Assembly (NCBI GenBank): GCA_965116885.1
Contig: OZ220741.1
Span: 96,001 to 160,000, forward strand
Source: Candidatus Latescibacterota bacterium
GTDB lineage: Bacteria; Latescibacterota; UBA2968
Length of the DNA stretch: 64,000 bases
Direction: 5' to 3'
In this document: positions 37,056-46,050 of the stretch, in pieces
Layout: each line of letters begins with the position of its first letter
Numbering within the stretch: the first letter of the stretch is position 1
The notes under the pieces: model-generated
Databases searched by the model: none
Told to the model about the DNA's origin: nothing
Seen by the model: only the letters and a program-made list of their open reading frames with translations
Translations under genes and position numbers: made by a program

Positions 37056-37718
37056 TCAGTCTCCAACTTGATTCCAAACATTAGCTGCATACATCAAACC
37101 TATTTCAGGGCTGCTGAGGATTGGAACTGAAATTTCCGGGCACAAATTTGCGGCTCCCGCCATAGAGGCTTGTGCCAACACAATGACATCTCCTTCAGAT
37201 GCTTTGTCTTTTATATTTCGGGCTATTTCAGTAAAATATCCTTTGTGGTCTCCCTCCTCAAATCTACTCCAGGCGTTATCACAAAAAACTTCAATAAGTT
37301 CAACGCGCTTTTGACGCACTTTTGCTGTTTCAAGAATAAGGTCACGAGTTGGAGCAATCGTACTCTCAAGTGCGGCAGCAACAATAATCCGAGAACCTAT
37401 TTCGACTGCTTTCTCAGCCATAGGTCTATCGATTCGAACAATAACACCATCTGTTAGATTATTTACTTTTTCCGCACTTGCTCCAATTGTAGAACATGTG
37501 CAGAGTATCACAGTTGCGCCTTTTTTTATCGTGGAGAGGATACAATCCCGAATACGTTCATCCAAATTTTGAGTGATTCCTTTGTCACGGGCCTCTGTCA
37601 GAAATTGCTCTTCTATAATATGTCTAACTGGTAATTCTAAAAAAGCTTCCTCTATAAGCCGATTAAAAGTATCGACATGCACCGGTGAAGTATGAAGCAA
37701 AGCCAAATGGGATTGCAT
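37056..37718 (-). CDS. Asp/Glu racemase-like protein
   Basis: LHTS, LCTCSTIG, RIDRPMA, VLAQASMA, PILSSP. Confidence 0.8.
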   Translation of the reverse strand: MQSHLALLHTSPVHVDTFNRLIEEAFLELPVRHIIEEQFLTEARDKGITQNLDERIRDCILSTIKKGATVILCTCSTIGASAEKVNNLTDGVIVRIDRPMAEKAVEIGSRIIVAAALESTIAPTRDLILETAKVRQKRVELIEVFCDNAWSRFEEGDHKGYFTEIARNIKDKASEGDVIVLAQASMAGAANLCPEISVPILSSPEIGLMYAANVWNQVGD

Positions 37719-37742
37719 GAAATGACGCCCTTTATGTGGATA

Positions 37743-37804
37743 GATAGGGTTTTACACAGAAATTCTACTAATCTTGTGACAATTTCAGCGGCAAAATGGT
37801 TTCT
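37743..37804 (-). repeat. Dispersed ~62-bp intergenic element, copy A
   Basis: Aligns with 46051-46114; shared blocks GATAG, TTTAC, AAATT.TACT.ATCTTGTGACAATT and ATGGTTTCT. Confidence 0.8.
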
Positions 37805-37845
37805 ATATTACAAAACAGGTCCACGAACAGTATGGGCAGGTTTAC

Positions 37846-38767
37846 TCAGCCCACGCCATGCAGGCTCTCGAGATCGGAAACTGCCGTACCCAGGAAATTA
37901 GGCGTTTTGGGATGTAGAAGACGACCACAGTCCCAGAAAAACCTTATCATCCTGAGATTCGCGACAATTGACAGTACCTTCTCTTCTACAGGTGACAACT
38001 CCTTCAGCTTGCCGCAGATCATGGGCCGCCGTCCCCCAGCCAGCCGACTGGAAATCATGGACATTTGAAATACGCAGTGAATTGCCGTTCTCCACGAGCA
38101 CGTTGTGGAGTCCTGCTTCGCCCCATAGAAATACATTGTCGCTCTGCACCCTGACTTCGGGCACCGGATCCGTGGCGGTCAATAGCCTGTCCCAGAGTTC
38201 CGGCAGGGTTGCCGCCATAGAGGAAGTCAACACCTCGTCTCCAAACATTGCTTCCCGGATCGTCACTTCCCACGACGCAAGATCGCTCGTTTTCTGTGAT
38301 TGAAGCTCCTGCGGACATTGTTGCCTGTGCACATGTGCAACAGTCTGTCCCAGAAGCGAACCCAACTGCAATCGCTTTGCCCGAGATGCGTCCAGGTAGT
38401 AACTGAGTCCCGACTTCCCCAACTCGCATGGGATCAAAAGACATTCTGATTCTCCATCGCCATCGTACACCAGAGATTCAGACACCGGAACACCGGCGAC
38501 GCCGCGCAATGCCTTTGTGGCGATGAACTCGGTTTTCAAACTGAAACCGAGAGAACGGCGAAACTGTATCTTCAAGATCACCCGTCCGTGGACGCGAGTC
38601 TCCACCAGAAAAATCTGGTTTGTGAAATTAGTCTCCAGGCGCCTGATCGACCGGGACGAACTAAAACCATGTTTTTCGAAAAGCGCATCAATCTGTCCAC
38701 GGGTTACATCCGGCTTATCGCGGAACAAAGCGCGGATATCCTTCATGCTGGCGAGTCTTGTGACCAT
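37846..38767 (-). CDS. Aminoglycoside-phosphotransferase/choline-kinase-like protein, probably frameshifted near its 3' end
   Basis: VILKI, AHVH, LWGEAGLHNVLV (HGD variant), HDFQSAGWG. The main frame stops at 37898; a protein-like tail (SPVEEKVLSIVANLRMIRFFWD...) continues in another frame to 37846. Confidence 0.6.
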
Positions 38768-38827
38768 GCAGTGCTATCTCCGCGGGATATTCTGACTGAT
38801 TTATTATACGGATAGCCCAGGGAAGTG

Positions 38828-39262
38828 CTATAAATGTGAGTCACGCGCTCGTATCAGATTATCTACCCCGTATTTTCCCGAACCGATAACCACAAACATC
38901 CCGGTAATAACCAGATACAGAAATGCCATCTCCTTCGTGCTGAATGGATCCGCTGCATGTTGAAAGAACGCGGCAATCAACATGGTAAACCAAATAAAAA
39001 ATGCCCCTGGCCGCGTGAGTAATCCCAGTGCCAACAGTAGCCCGCCGCCAAACTCCGAAAAGGCTGCCATCCAGGCAAAAAACTCGGGCAAGGGAAACCC
39101 CAAATTTTCTATAACGACCACAAACCGCTCGGAAGGTGGGATCTTCCCCAATCCATGTCCCAATGCCATACTCAACCCTACAAACACCCTGAGAATCGCC
39201 AACCCGACATTTGCCGGGATCGACTCAATAACCGATCCACCAAATACAAGTCGCTTAATCAT
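38828..39262 (-). CDS. DoxX-family membrane protein
   Basis: LRVFVGL, HGLGK, EFGGGLLLALGLLTR, GSGKYGVD. Confidence 0.92.
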   Translation of the reverse strand: MIKRLVFGGSVIESIPANVGLAILRVFVGLSMALGHGLGKIPPSERFVVVIENLGFPLPEFFAWMAAFSEFGGGLLLALGLLTRPGAFFIWFTMLIAAFFQHAADPFSTKEMAFLYLVITGMFVVIGSGKYGVDNLIRARDSHL

Positions 39263-39297
39263 AAATACCTCCTTATTATGGTTTACAGACGTCTCAT

Positions 39298-39652
39298 TTA
39301 CTCAGAGGGTTCAATAGCATCTCTGAATATCGCTGCCGTAGTCGATATGACCTCATTCCAAAGCCTGCGTCCCAACTCGGCACACGCCCTGGTCGCATCG
39401 CCAATGACACCAGTGTCTGAGTATTGTGTGAAATCGAGATGCGGATCATCCCAATTCACTTCTATCGTGACAGCGTGCCGCATACTGTGCAGCCTCCAAC
39501 GCAACGGCTTCCGCAAACCACGTGTCGAAATCTACTGACAAATGTGGACCTTGCTGCTCAGTGCATCCCGTGGGTACAATCGCCAGGCACCCGGCATCAA
39601 CCAGATCCTTGATCTCTAAGTACGTATAATCAGTAAATTTATGGGATTTCAT
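39298..39652 (-). pseudogene. Creatininase-family gene with an internal deletion
   Basis: N-terminus IVPTGCTEQQGPHLSVDFD joined out of frame near 39470 to the C-terminus YSDTGVIGDATRACAELG; only about 118 codons in total. Confidence 0.85.
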
Positions 39653-39818
39653 TTTTTTTTGGAGTTTTGATAGTCCTGAATGCTCCCCGTAGCGAGTTGT
39701 GCGGAGGCGCGATTGCGCCACAACGAAAACCGCTGTGTTACACAATGTGCAACACAGCGTACTGCCTTGGACAGCGTAATACCATCTCATTGGATATTCA
39801 GTGGAAATAGACTGCCGA

Positions 39819-40100
39819 TCAAGCGGCTGTGGTCTGTCTAATTTCCCAACCGGGAAAAACGAGAACAGCCGGATGGCACTGCAACGCCCGAGCGAGTACC
39901 TTGGCGCGCTCAACACCAAGCTGGATGCGGTTATTTTCGATGGCTGAAATAGTCGATTGGGGAATGCCTGTGCGTCTGGCAAGGTCGTTTTGACTAAACT
40001 CCTGAAGTTCGCGGATAATACGGACGGACTCACCTACGGATACCTCAATCTGCTTCTTGGCACGACGGTAATTTTTCATTTCACTATCTCCGATAATCAT
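39819..40100 (-). CDS. Xre-family HTH antitoxin (HigA-like)
   Basis: SQNDLARRTGIPQSTISAIEN; overlaps the toxin gene. Confidence 0.9.
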   Translation of the reverse strand: MIIGDSEMKNYRRAKKQIEVSVGESVRIIRELQEFSQNDLARRTGIPQSTISAIENNRIQLGVERAKVLARALQCHPAVLVFPGWEIRQTTAA

Positions 40101-40362
40101 GAGCGGTTAGACTTACAACCTGCACGAGAACTCTGCTGGCTTCGGTTTTGTATATGACGCGATAGTGGAGGCCAAGCCGAGATGACCTGTGTCCTTGCCA
40201 TTTTCCTCGCAGTGCTTCGTCATGAAATCCTTTGATAAGTCTCAAACCTTGAGGACCTGATATCATAACGATATCTTTCCATTTTTCGTAGCGCTTGAGA
40301 ATTTCCTGGGGCATAGATTTTAGCTGCTTACCCACCCTTCGATGCTCGAGAATAGTCCACAT
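40084..40362 (-). CDS. RelE/HigB-family mRNA interferase toxin
   Basis: HDEALRGKWQGHRSSRL...YRVIY...HDY. Confidence 0.9.
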   Translation of the reverse strand: MWTILEHRRVGKQLKSMPQEILKRYEKWKDIVMISGPQGLRLIKGFHDEALRGKWQGHRSSRLGLHYRVIYKTEASRVLVQVVSLTAHDYRR

Positions 40363-40397
40363 ACCATATAATATATAGATTATTTATGGTATGTCAA
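40359..40397 (-). promoter_or_regulatory. TA promoter with overlapping 10-bp inverted-repeat operator
   Basis: Minus strand TTGACA (40397-40392) with TATATT (16-nt spacer) or TATTAT (18-nt spacer); ACATACCATA 40359-40368 / TATGGTATGT 40385-40394. Confidence 0.8.
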
Positions 40398-40461
40398 TTC
40401 GCTCCTGCTCAATCGTTACAATGCGTCGCATTAACCCAATATTAGGCGATGCACATATCTT

Positions 40462-40905
40462 TCACATCTTTCCTTCATTGACCAAATCAATAGCAGAAGG
40501 ACCGGTTTGCACCTTGTAATATGTCCTTGTCCTATCCGAAAAATAGTCTTTGATACGCTCGACCTGCTTTGGGGACGTGTTGCTCGGAATACGATCTAAA
40601 TGAAAATATTCAATCTGGTCCGCCTCATCGGTAAGCTGGATTTTACCCCCTGTAACCTGGCAGAAAAATGACAACACGATCTCATTCTTATCTGTTTTAC
40701 TGTACACCCCGCTGAGATGGACGGGCACAGCTTTCAAACCCGTTTCTTCTTCTATCTCCCTCACCAGAGCAGCCCACGGACTCTCGCCTGCCTCAACGCC
40801 CCCACCGGGCAAATTCCACAAATCGAAGTCGCGTCGATGACACAGCAAGACGCGGTCTTTGTCATCGGTAATAATTCCAAAAACGCCGATAGTGAACACG
40901 ATCAA
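40462..40905 (-). CDS. NUDIX hydrolase
   Basis: PGGGVEAGESPWAALVREIEEETGL Nudix box. Confidence 0.93.
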   Translation of the reverse strand: MIVFTIGVFGIITDDKDRVLLCHRRDFDLWNLPGGGVEAGESPWAALVREIEEETGLKAVPVHLSGVYSKTDKNEIVLSFFCQVTGGKIQLTDEADQIEYFHLDRIPSNTSPKQVERIKDYFSDRTRTYYKVQTGPSAIDLVNEGKM

Positions 40906-41447
40906 ATCCCTTTTCTAATATATCGGACATATCCCAACTCTGCTTCGGAAATATCCAACCTATCCAGTTCACCTATTGGGACAAATGTCGCTTCTTCTTC
41001 ATAGTCATCATCGCACATCAAATCTGGCACATATTTGGAAGCGCGGGCAGTGTAAACAATTTGAAAAAAGTGAGGATGGAGAAATTGGTATCCAGACGGC
41101 TTCGGCTTGAGATGTTCCAGATGGATAAAACCCAGACGTGAGATAGATTCAATCGTCCAGCCTGTCTCTTCTGCAACTTCGCGGCGAAGTGTTTGTTCGA
41201 AAGTCTCTCCCTCTTCGCGCCGACCGCCAGGCAAAATGTGGTTGCCCTTGCGATTCCTGAGTGCCAGAACAGAATCATTCTGAAGGACGAGACATCGAAC
41301 AGAAGTCACAAACTCCTCTGATGGCTGTTCATCGGAAAGAAAATAACATACGCGCAGAGGCATTGTCCCATTTGCCCATAAAGCTTCTGTCTCGTGAAAA
41401 GGAGTCCTATCCTTCAAAAATGTCTGTATATACTCGTTATGATTCAA
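40902..41447 (-). CDS. NUDIX hydrolase
   Basis: PGGRREEGETFEQTLRREVAEETG Nudix box. Confidence 0.92.
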   Translation of the reverse strand: MNHNEYIQTFLKDRTPFHETEALWANGTMPLRVCYFLSDEQPSEEFVTSVRCLVLQNDSVLALRNRKGNHILPGGRREEGETFEQTLRREVAEETGWTIESISRLGFIHLEHLKPKPSGYQFLHPHFFQIVYTARASKYVPDLMCDDDYEEEATFVPIGELDRLDISEAELGYVRYIRKGI

Positions 41448-41976
41448 TTCTATCTATTCCTTTAAAATCGAGATACAAACGACTGGGTTGAATACCCGTG
41501 TTATTTTGATACTTTCCACTTTTGTAGGTCTCGAAATCGCCATCCAGCGTATGGTAGTAAATTTGGCAGATTTCCACATTTGGATAGATCCGGATGGGCC
41601 GAATACAGAACATCTCCAAAGTCCAGTAGCCAGCAAAGCCCACATCGCCAAAACCTGCGGTTATGTGTACAAACAGCCCCAACCTGCCCACAGATGACCG
41701 CCCCTCGAGCATGGGGACATAATTATTCGTTTGGGTAAATTCTGCTGTCCTGCCGAGATAGAGCGTTTGGGGTTGCATCTCGTACCCATCATCCGGAATC
41801 TGAATAGATCGCGTGCGATTTTTCTTTTTCATATCGAGAACGCCATCCTCGTATATCATGAGTTCATTGGCGAGTGAAAGATTATAACTATTTGGATTGA
41901 GCCTGGCAGGGTCGAATGGCTCAATAATAATATCTTTTCCAATTCTTTCGTGAATCATTTTTCCCGATAAAATCAT
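41437..41976 (-). CDS. dcd: dCTP deaminase (trimeric dUTPase-like fold)
   Basis: PNSYNL, EGRSSVGRLGL, TAGFGDVGFAG.WTLE, ICQ, GKY. Confidence 0.93.
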   Translation of the reverse strand: MILSGKMIHERIGKDIIIEPFDPARLNPNSYNLSLANELMIYEDGVLDMKKKNRTRSIQIPDDGYEMQPQTLYLGRTAEFTQTNNYVPMLEGRSSVGRLGLFVHITAGFGDVGFAGYWTLEMFCIRPIRIYPNVEICQIYYHTLDGDFETYKSGKYQNNTGIQPSRLYLDFKGIDRIES

Positions 41977-41990
41977 TACGCCCTCCCTGG

Positions 41991-42467
41991 CTATTCTACT
42001 TCAGGCAAATCTCTATACATGATATACATATAATCTGCAAATCCATGCTTTCTCCAAAATGAATATCCAACGGTATTCATAGAAGCCACTCGAAGTTCAA
42101 CTCTGTCTATTCCCAGAGACCGAAACCAATCCAACATTTCATTTAACATCAACTCTCCTACTCCTTTTCTCCTGTGTTCAGAAGAAACAGCCAAATCTTG
42201 AATAGTGCCACAGGTTTGCTTGACGAATACGGGAGGATATTTGTCAATTCTCGCTATTCCGAAGCCCAATGGCTTTGTATTCTCCACCGCTATAATCACA
42301 AGGGCATCCTCAGCCTCGATCAGTCTTTCCAGATTCTTACCCATGCCTTCTTCTGCACCATCAGATAGAGTATATCTCGAATCAAACGGGACGTGAAAAT
42401 CCATGAGTTCTTTCCATATCTCGAGTATAGCAGGTATGTCGGATTTCAAAGCCTTAACAACTTCCAT
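41991..42467 (-). CDS. GNAT acetyltransferase
   Basis: LAVSSEHRRKGVG, FWRKHGF; GGAGAGG RBS. Confidence 0.9.
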   Translation of the reverse strand: MEVVKALKSDIPAILEIWKELMDFHVPFDSRYTLSDGAEEGMGKNLERLIEAEDALVIIAVENTKPLGFGIARIDKYPPVFVKQTCGTIQDLAVSSEHRRKGVGELMLNEMLDWFRSLGIDRVELRVASMNTVGYSFWRKHGFADYMYIMYRDLPEVE

Positions 42468-43332
42468 TTTCATCCTCTCCAATATACGATGCGTCATTGA
42501 CCACCTGCGTATATACTGCTGTTTTTGAAACCTCCGAAATTGCGAAATCGAGAAAATCTACAGCCTCCTGTCTCGCATCCAATTCAATACCGTATTGCCA
42601 TTCCAGAGCATTCCCCACCAAATCACCCCACCTATCTCCATAGTACTCCCGCACCCATGACACAGCCATCTTTTTTGAGCCAACAACGGAACAAATCACA
42701 GTATGCAGTATTCGACACAGATTCAGAATGAAATACGCTTCATGGTGGCTATCCCTAAAATACTCCGAATTGGATTTTTTCGGCGCCCATTCCTGAAACA
42801 AATCGCGCACGCATGCTTTCCGCACATCCTCAATATCAATCGGAGACAACAGCTTCTTAAAACTCGGACCAAATAAAGCAATGGAATGACCATAAAGAAA
42901 ATATTTGTTGATTATCCATTCATTCCCATAAGGTGCCTCCTCATAAAGAGTACAATCACCACCCCAATACCACGGTCGCGGCTCCGTTGGAGGCATAACA
43001 CATGGGAGCATATCGACAGGCGTATAAGAACACTCTAACCGCCGCGCCCATTTCTCGAATTTCTCTTCCATCTCTTTGTGTAAACGCCCAATGGAATCGA
43101 GTTCACATCGAGAAACAGGTCGATGCACAATCACCGTAATATCAATATCACTGCTATGGTAGTTAAACGCCCCATGGGACAACGAGCCAGTCAGATATAT
43201 CCCGAGTACATTTTCTTCGAGAACGGGAATAACGCCTCGAACGAAAAAAGCTATAATCTCGTTCACATCGAGATATTTCGTAAGATTGCTTGCAGTCATC
43301 GTCCTATTGTACGGAGAAATTACTTGAATCAT
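42454..43332 (-). CDS. Aminoglycoside-adenylyltransferase-like nucleotidyltransferase (AadA/DUF4111 type)
   Basis: GIYLTGSL...SDIDI NTase motif; YFILNLCRILHT...SK...W C-terminal domain. Start may be 43299. Confidence 0.8.
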   Translation of the reverse strand: MIQVISPYNRTMTASNLTKYLDVNEIIAFFVRGVIPVLEENVLGIYLTGSLSHGAFNYHSSDIDITVIVHRPVSRCELDSIGRLHKEMEEKFEKWARRLECSYTPVDMLPCVMPPTEPRPWYWGGDCTLYEEAPYGNEWIINKYFLYGHSIALFGPSFKKLLSPIDIEDVRKACVRDLFQEWAPKKSNSEYFRDSHHEAYFILNLCRILHTVICSVVGSKKMAVSWVREYYGDRWGDLVGNALEWQYGIELDARQEAVDFLDFAISEVSKTAVYTQVVNDASYIGEDENGSC

Positions 43333-43363
43333 TCGGATCAGTTAATTGTTTCCATCTATACTA

Positions 43364-43912
43364 TCACGTCAACTTGCGTTTCATGAACACTGCAACTTCA
43401 CCCTCGACATCACGATTGGTATAATAGGACAGATCGACACCATCGACTTCAAAACCGACGCTGCGATAGAAATCAATGGCTGGCACATTGGTATTTTGAG
43501 TCTCACAAACCAAAATCCTCAGCCCTTCAGCTTTGGCGACCTCCACTACCTGATCCATCAATTGCCCGCCAACACCCTTTCTCCTGTATGACTCGGCAAT
43601 CCCAAATTCCCTGATCCATAGACTCCTATTCCACTCTATCTCTTCCGAAATTGCGATACCCACAAGCTGACCAGCGTCATAGGCTCCCAGCGACAGACTT
43701 TGATTAACAAGTTCGCTGTAGTTCTTGAAATCCTCTTTTGAGAACGACCAGCGTTTCACGTAAGGCTCATCCAATTTTTGACGCTTCAGGATAAAGCAAA
43801 ACTCATCAGCGGTCTCAGTCTTAGACACCTGGTACCTATCATTTGAAACATACCCATCCACGATATGCAAATCCCCGCGCCGTAGCTGCTCTAATTTTCT
43901 GATTTCGATCAT
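43364..43912 (-). CDS. GNAT acetyltransferase, streptothricin-acetyltransferase-like
   Basis: WN, YRRKGVG, ETQNTNVPAIDFY..GF...GVD...Y. Confidence 0.82.
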   Translation of the reverse strand: MIEIRKLEQLRRGDLHIVDGYVSNDRYQVSKTETADEFCFILKRQKLDEPYVKRWSFSKEDFKNYSELVNQSLSLGAYDAGQLVGIAISEEIEWNRSLWIREFGIAESYRRKGVGGQLMDQVVEVAKAEGLRILVCETQNTNVPAIDFYRSVGFEVDGVDLSYYTNRDVEGEVAVFMKRKLT

Positions 43913-43969
43913 GTATTTCTTTTGCCTAAAATTCGACGATATACGGATAGAACCGCATCATCGTTTGAT

Positions 43970-45619
43970 TTACACATGTCCTGCCAGCCAGTTCTCGCTG
44001 AGCCAATCCTCCCATCGACGTGCCAGATCCACTCGAACAACCCGAAGCGAGTCCTCCTGAGAGGGTTGTCCAGGTACATAAGGAGGTTTCAGCGGCAATT
44101 GCTGTCCTGTTATAGCTTCCAGTGCATCTCGTCGAGCCGCGAAATTCGCTACCCGTCTCATCCGGGCGTCTTCTTCAAGACCAGCAACGATTCTCTCGGC
44201 GAAATCTGGATAAGCCATTCTTCTCGCAAGGTGCAAGGATTCAATACGGACATCTAAGCTCGTATCATTGAAGAGACCACTGAGAGACGCTTTACATCCA
44301 GGCCACAAATCTGAACGATCTCGTAGTAAGTACACACCCGCCATCCGGACAATTGACGAAGAATCTTGAAACGCTCTCAGTATATAGCCTGAATCTACCT
44401 GGAACGGCGGCCCGCCAGCAAGAGCGCATAAAGCCGCCGCACGAATATCTGCTATGGGATGCTTTGTTTGCTTGCATATTAGACTTACAGCTCGATGCGG
44501 AAGATCATCACCAACAAAAGAGAGGATTATATCTCTGACTTCATTGGGATTGTTGCTCTTAAGTCCATCCAACCTGTGATCCAGAGAGCTTTTTCGCCAC
44601 AATGACCAGTTTTGGTAGGGATTCGCCACATCACGAGCGGCATCAGGTACGCCATTAGCCATAGCACCGCTGACTGACACCAGGCCAGCGCGTAGATCCG
44701 ACCATCCGGGCCTATTCATCGATGACGATATAAGAGCGGATTTCATTTCACGGGCTGTCCAACCCGGATGCGCTTGCCACAGACAGGCTGCTGCTCCAAG
44801 AAGAGCCGGCCCCGAGAAAGATGTACCACAGGTGCGGGCGTAACGAAATGGAATGTCATCTATCTTTGCATAAAAATTGTTTTCTATCTCTTCGTCGTTT
44901 CTATGAGGAAGGACAATATTCTCCGCAGGTGCCAGAATATCCGGAATCCATTTTCCCTCAAACGTAGTCCCCCGGCATCCTTGAAACATCCTGGCCCGAT
45001 ATGGATCTCCATCCTGAGGAATCGCTACCCCTCCAACGGAAAGCACAGACGGGGCTGCAGCTTCAGCTATGCCAGTAGTCTCGTCTGGTCGATTCCCCGA
45101 CCCGGAAACCACAAGCACGCCCTCAGAAGCTAACTCTTCACACAGAATGCGACGCGGGTCCGTCTGCCACGGGAAAAGACCTGAACCTATCCGACTTTTG
45201 CGTGCTGATAATACCCCTCGTATCTCGTACTTCCGCCAATTATGCAAAACCCATTCCAGCGCCTTAATATGTGCCTTCTCATTCTCAAACCCCGGATCGC
45301 GTGAGTACTTAGCAACAAGAAACAGATCTGCTTCGGGTGCTACACCCTTGTATATCCCCTGCGATTCGGCACCTGATCCCCCGGCAGCAGCCGCGGCACA
45401 CAGCGCATGCCAGCCGCCTGACCACGGCCCAGGCTCCGACTGAAATATCTCGGGAGACGTTTCAGGCTCTGACATTCCCCGTACCAAGTAGGATGTACGC
45501 CGCTCATTTGTACTAATATCGGGGTGGTTTGGAAATTCTCCATCCATGACGGCAATGCGGACATTTTTGCCTGTAAGTTCACCGGGAACCCGAAGAAAGT
45601 CCCTCAATGACGGCCACAT
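43970..45619 (-). CDS. S8 (subtilase) serine peptidase with C-terminal HEAT-like repeats
   Basis: IAVMDG, GWH, GSGN, GTSFS triad motifs; IRAAALCAL, VRMAGV and VRIESL repeats; no signal peptide. Confidence 0.88.
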   Translation of the reverse strand: MWPSLRDFLRVPGELTGKNVRIAVMDGEFPNHPDISTNERRTSYLVRGMSEPETSPEIFQSEPGPWSGGWHALCAAAAAGGSGAESQGIYKGVAPEADLFLVAKYSRDPGFENEKAHIKALEWVLHNWRKYEIRGVLSARKSRIGSGLFPWQTDPRRILCEELASEGVLVVSGSGNRPDETTGIAEAAAPSVLSVGGVAIPQDGDPYRARMFQGCRGTTFEGKWIPDILAPAENIVLPHRNDEEIENNFYAKIDDIPFRYARTCGTSFSGPALLGAAACLWQAHPGWTAREMKSALISSSMNRPGWSDLRAGLVSVSGAMANGVPDAARDVANPYQNWSLWRKSSLDHRLDGLKSNNPNEVRDIILSFVGDDLPHRAVSLICKQTKHPIADIRAAALCALAGGPPFQVDSGYILRAFQDSSSIVRMAGVYLLRDRSDLWPGCKASLSGLFNDTSLDVRIESLHLARRMAYPDFAERIVAGLEEDARMRRVANFAARRDALEAITGQQLPLKPPYVPGQPSQEDSLRVVRVDLARRWEDWLSENWLAGHV

Positions 45620-45692
45620 ATATCCTCCTGTAGGTTATTTTTATCTATTCTCTTCCTACCAATCGACCGATTTTTTATTTTATATGCGTCAC

Positions 45693-46037
45693 CTATTTCG
45701 CGGCAATCGCGACCATCTCTACAAGCGTATCTCCCTCCAGCTTGACCTCCACACAGGCGCGCTGGGGCCAATTGTCTGAACCGATCCAGGCGTCCCAAAC
45801 CGCATTGAGGACGGGTTTCTTTGACATATCTGTGATATAAATCGTGACGGAAAGAAGACAAGACTTATCAGTTCCAGCCTCGGCGAGATTTGCGTCTAAC
45901 TGTTCGAGCGCCTGTTGAGTCTGGCCCTTGAGGTCTGCGGATACATCCGGTGCAGTGACAACTGTATAGACAATGCCATTGTGTTCAACGGACTTGCTGC
46001 GACCAAATGCCTTTCCCGGATAGCGGTTGATGGCCAT
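45693..46037 (-). CDS. RidA/YjgF-family protein
   Basis: QTQQAL, TIYITDM, NAVWDAW...PQRACV, LVEM. Confidence 0.92.
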   Translation of the reverse strand: MAINRYPGKAFGRSKSVEHNGIVYTVVTAPDVSADLKGQTQQALEQLDANLAEAGTDKSCLLSVTIYITDMSKKPVLNAVWDAWIGSDNWPQRACVEVKLEGDTLVEMVAIAAK

Positions 46038-46050
46038 AAATGCTCCAATG

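Noticed and set aside
39446..40033. 195-aa ORF in the track
   Set aside because: Chimeric frame: it overlaps the Xre gene and spacer; only the part from 39652 is creatininase-like.
40422..40453. Short hairpin TGCGTCGC...GCGATGCA with GCCTAAT/GTTAATG on the minus strand as an attC
   Set aside because: Too short, lacks the AAC triplet and L boxes.
43970..45619. IetAS-type protease/ATPase defence system
   Set aside because: No AAA ATPase nearby.
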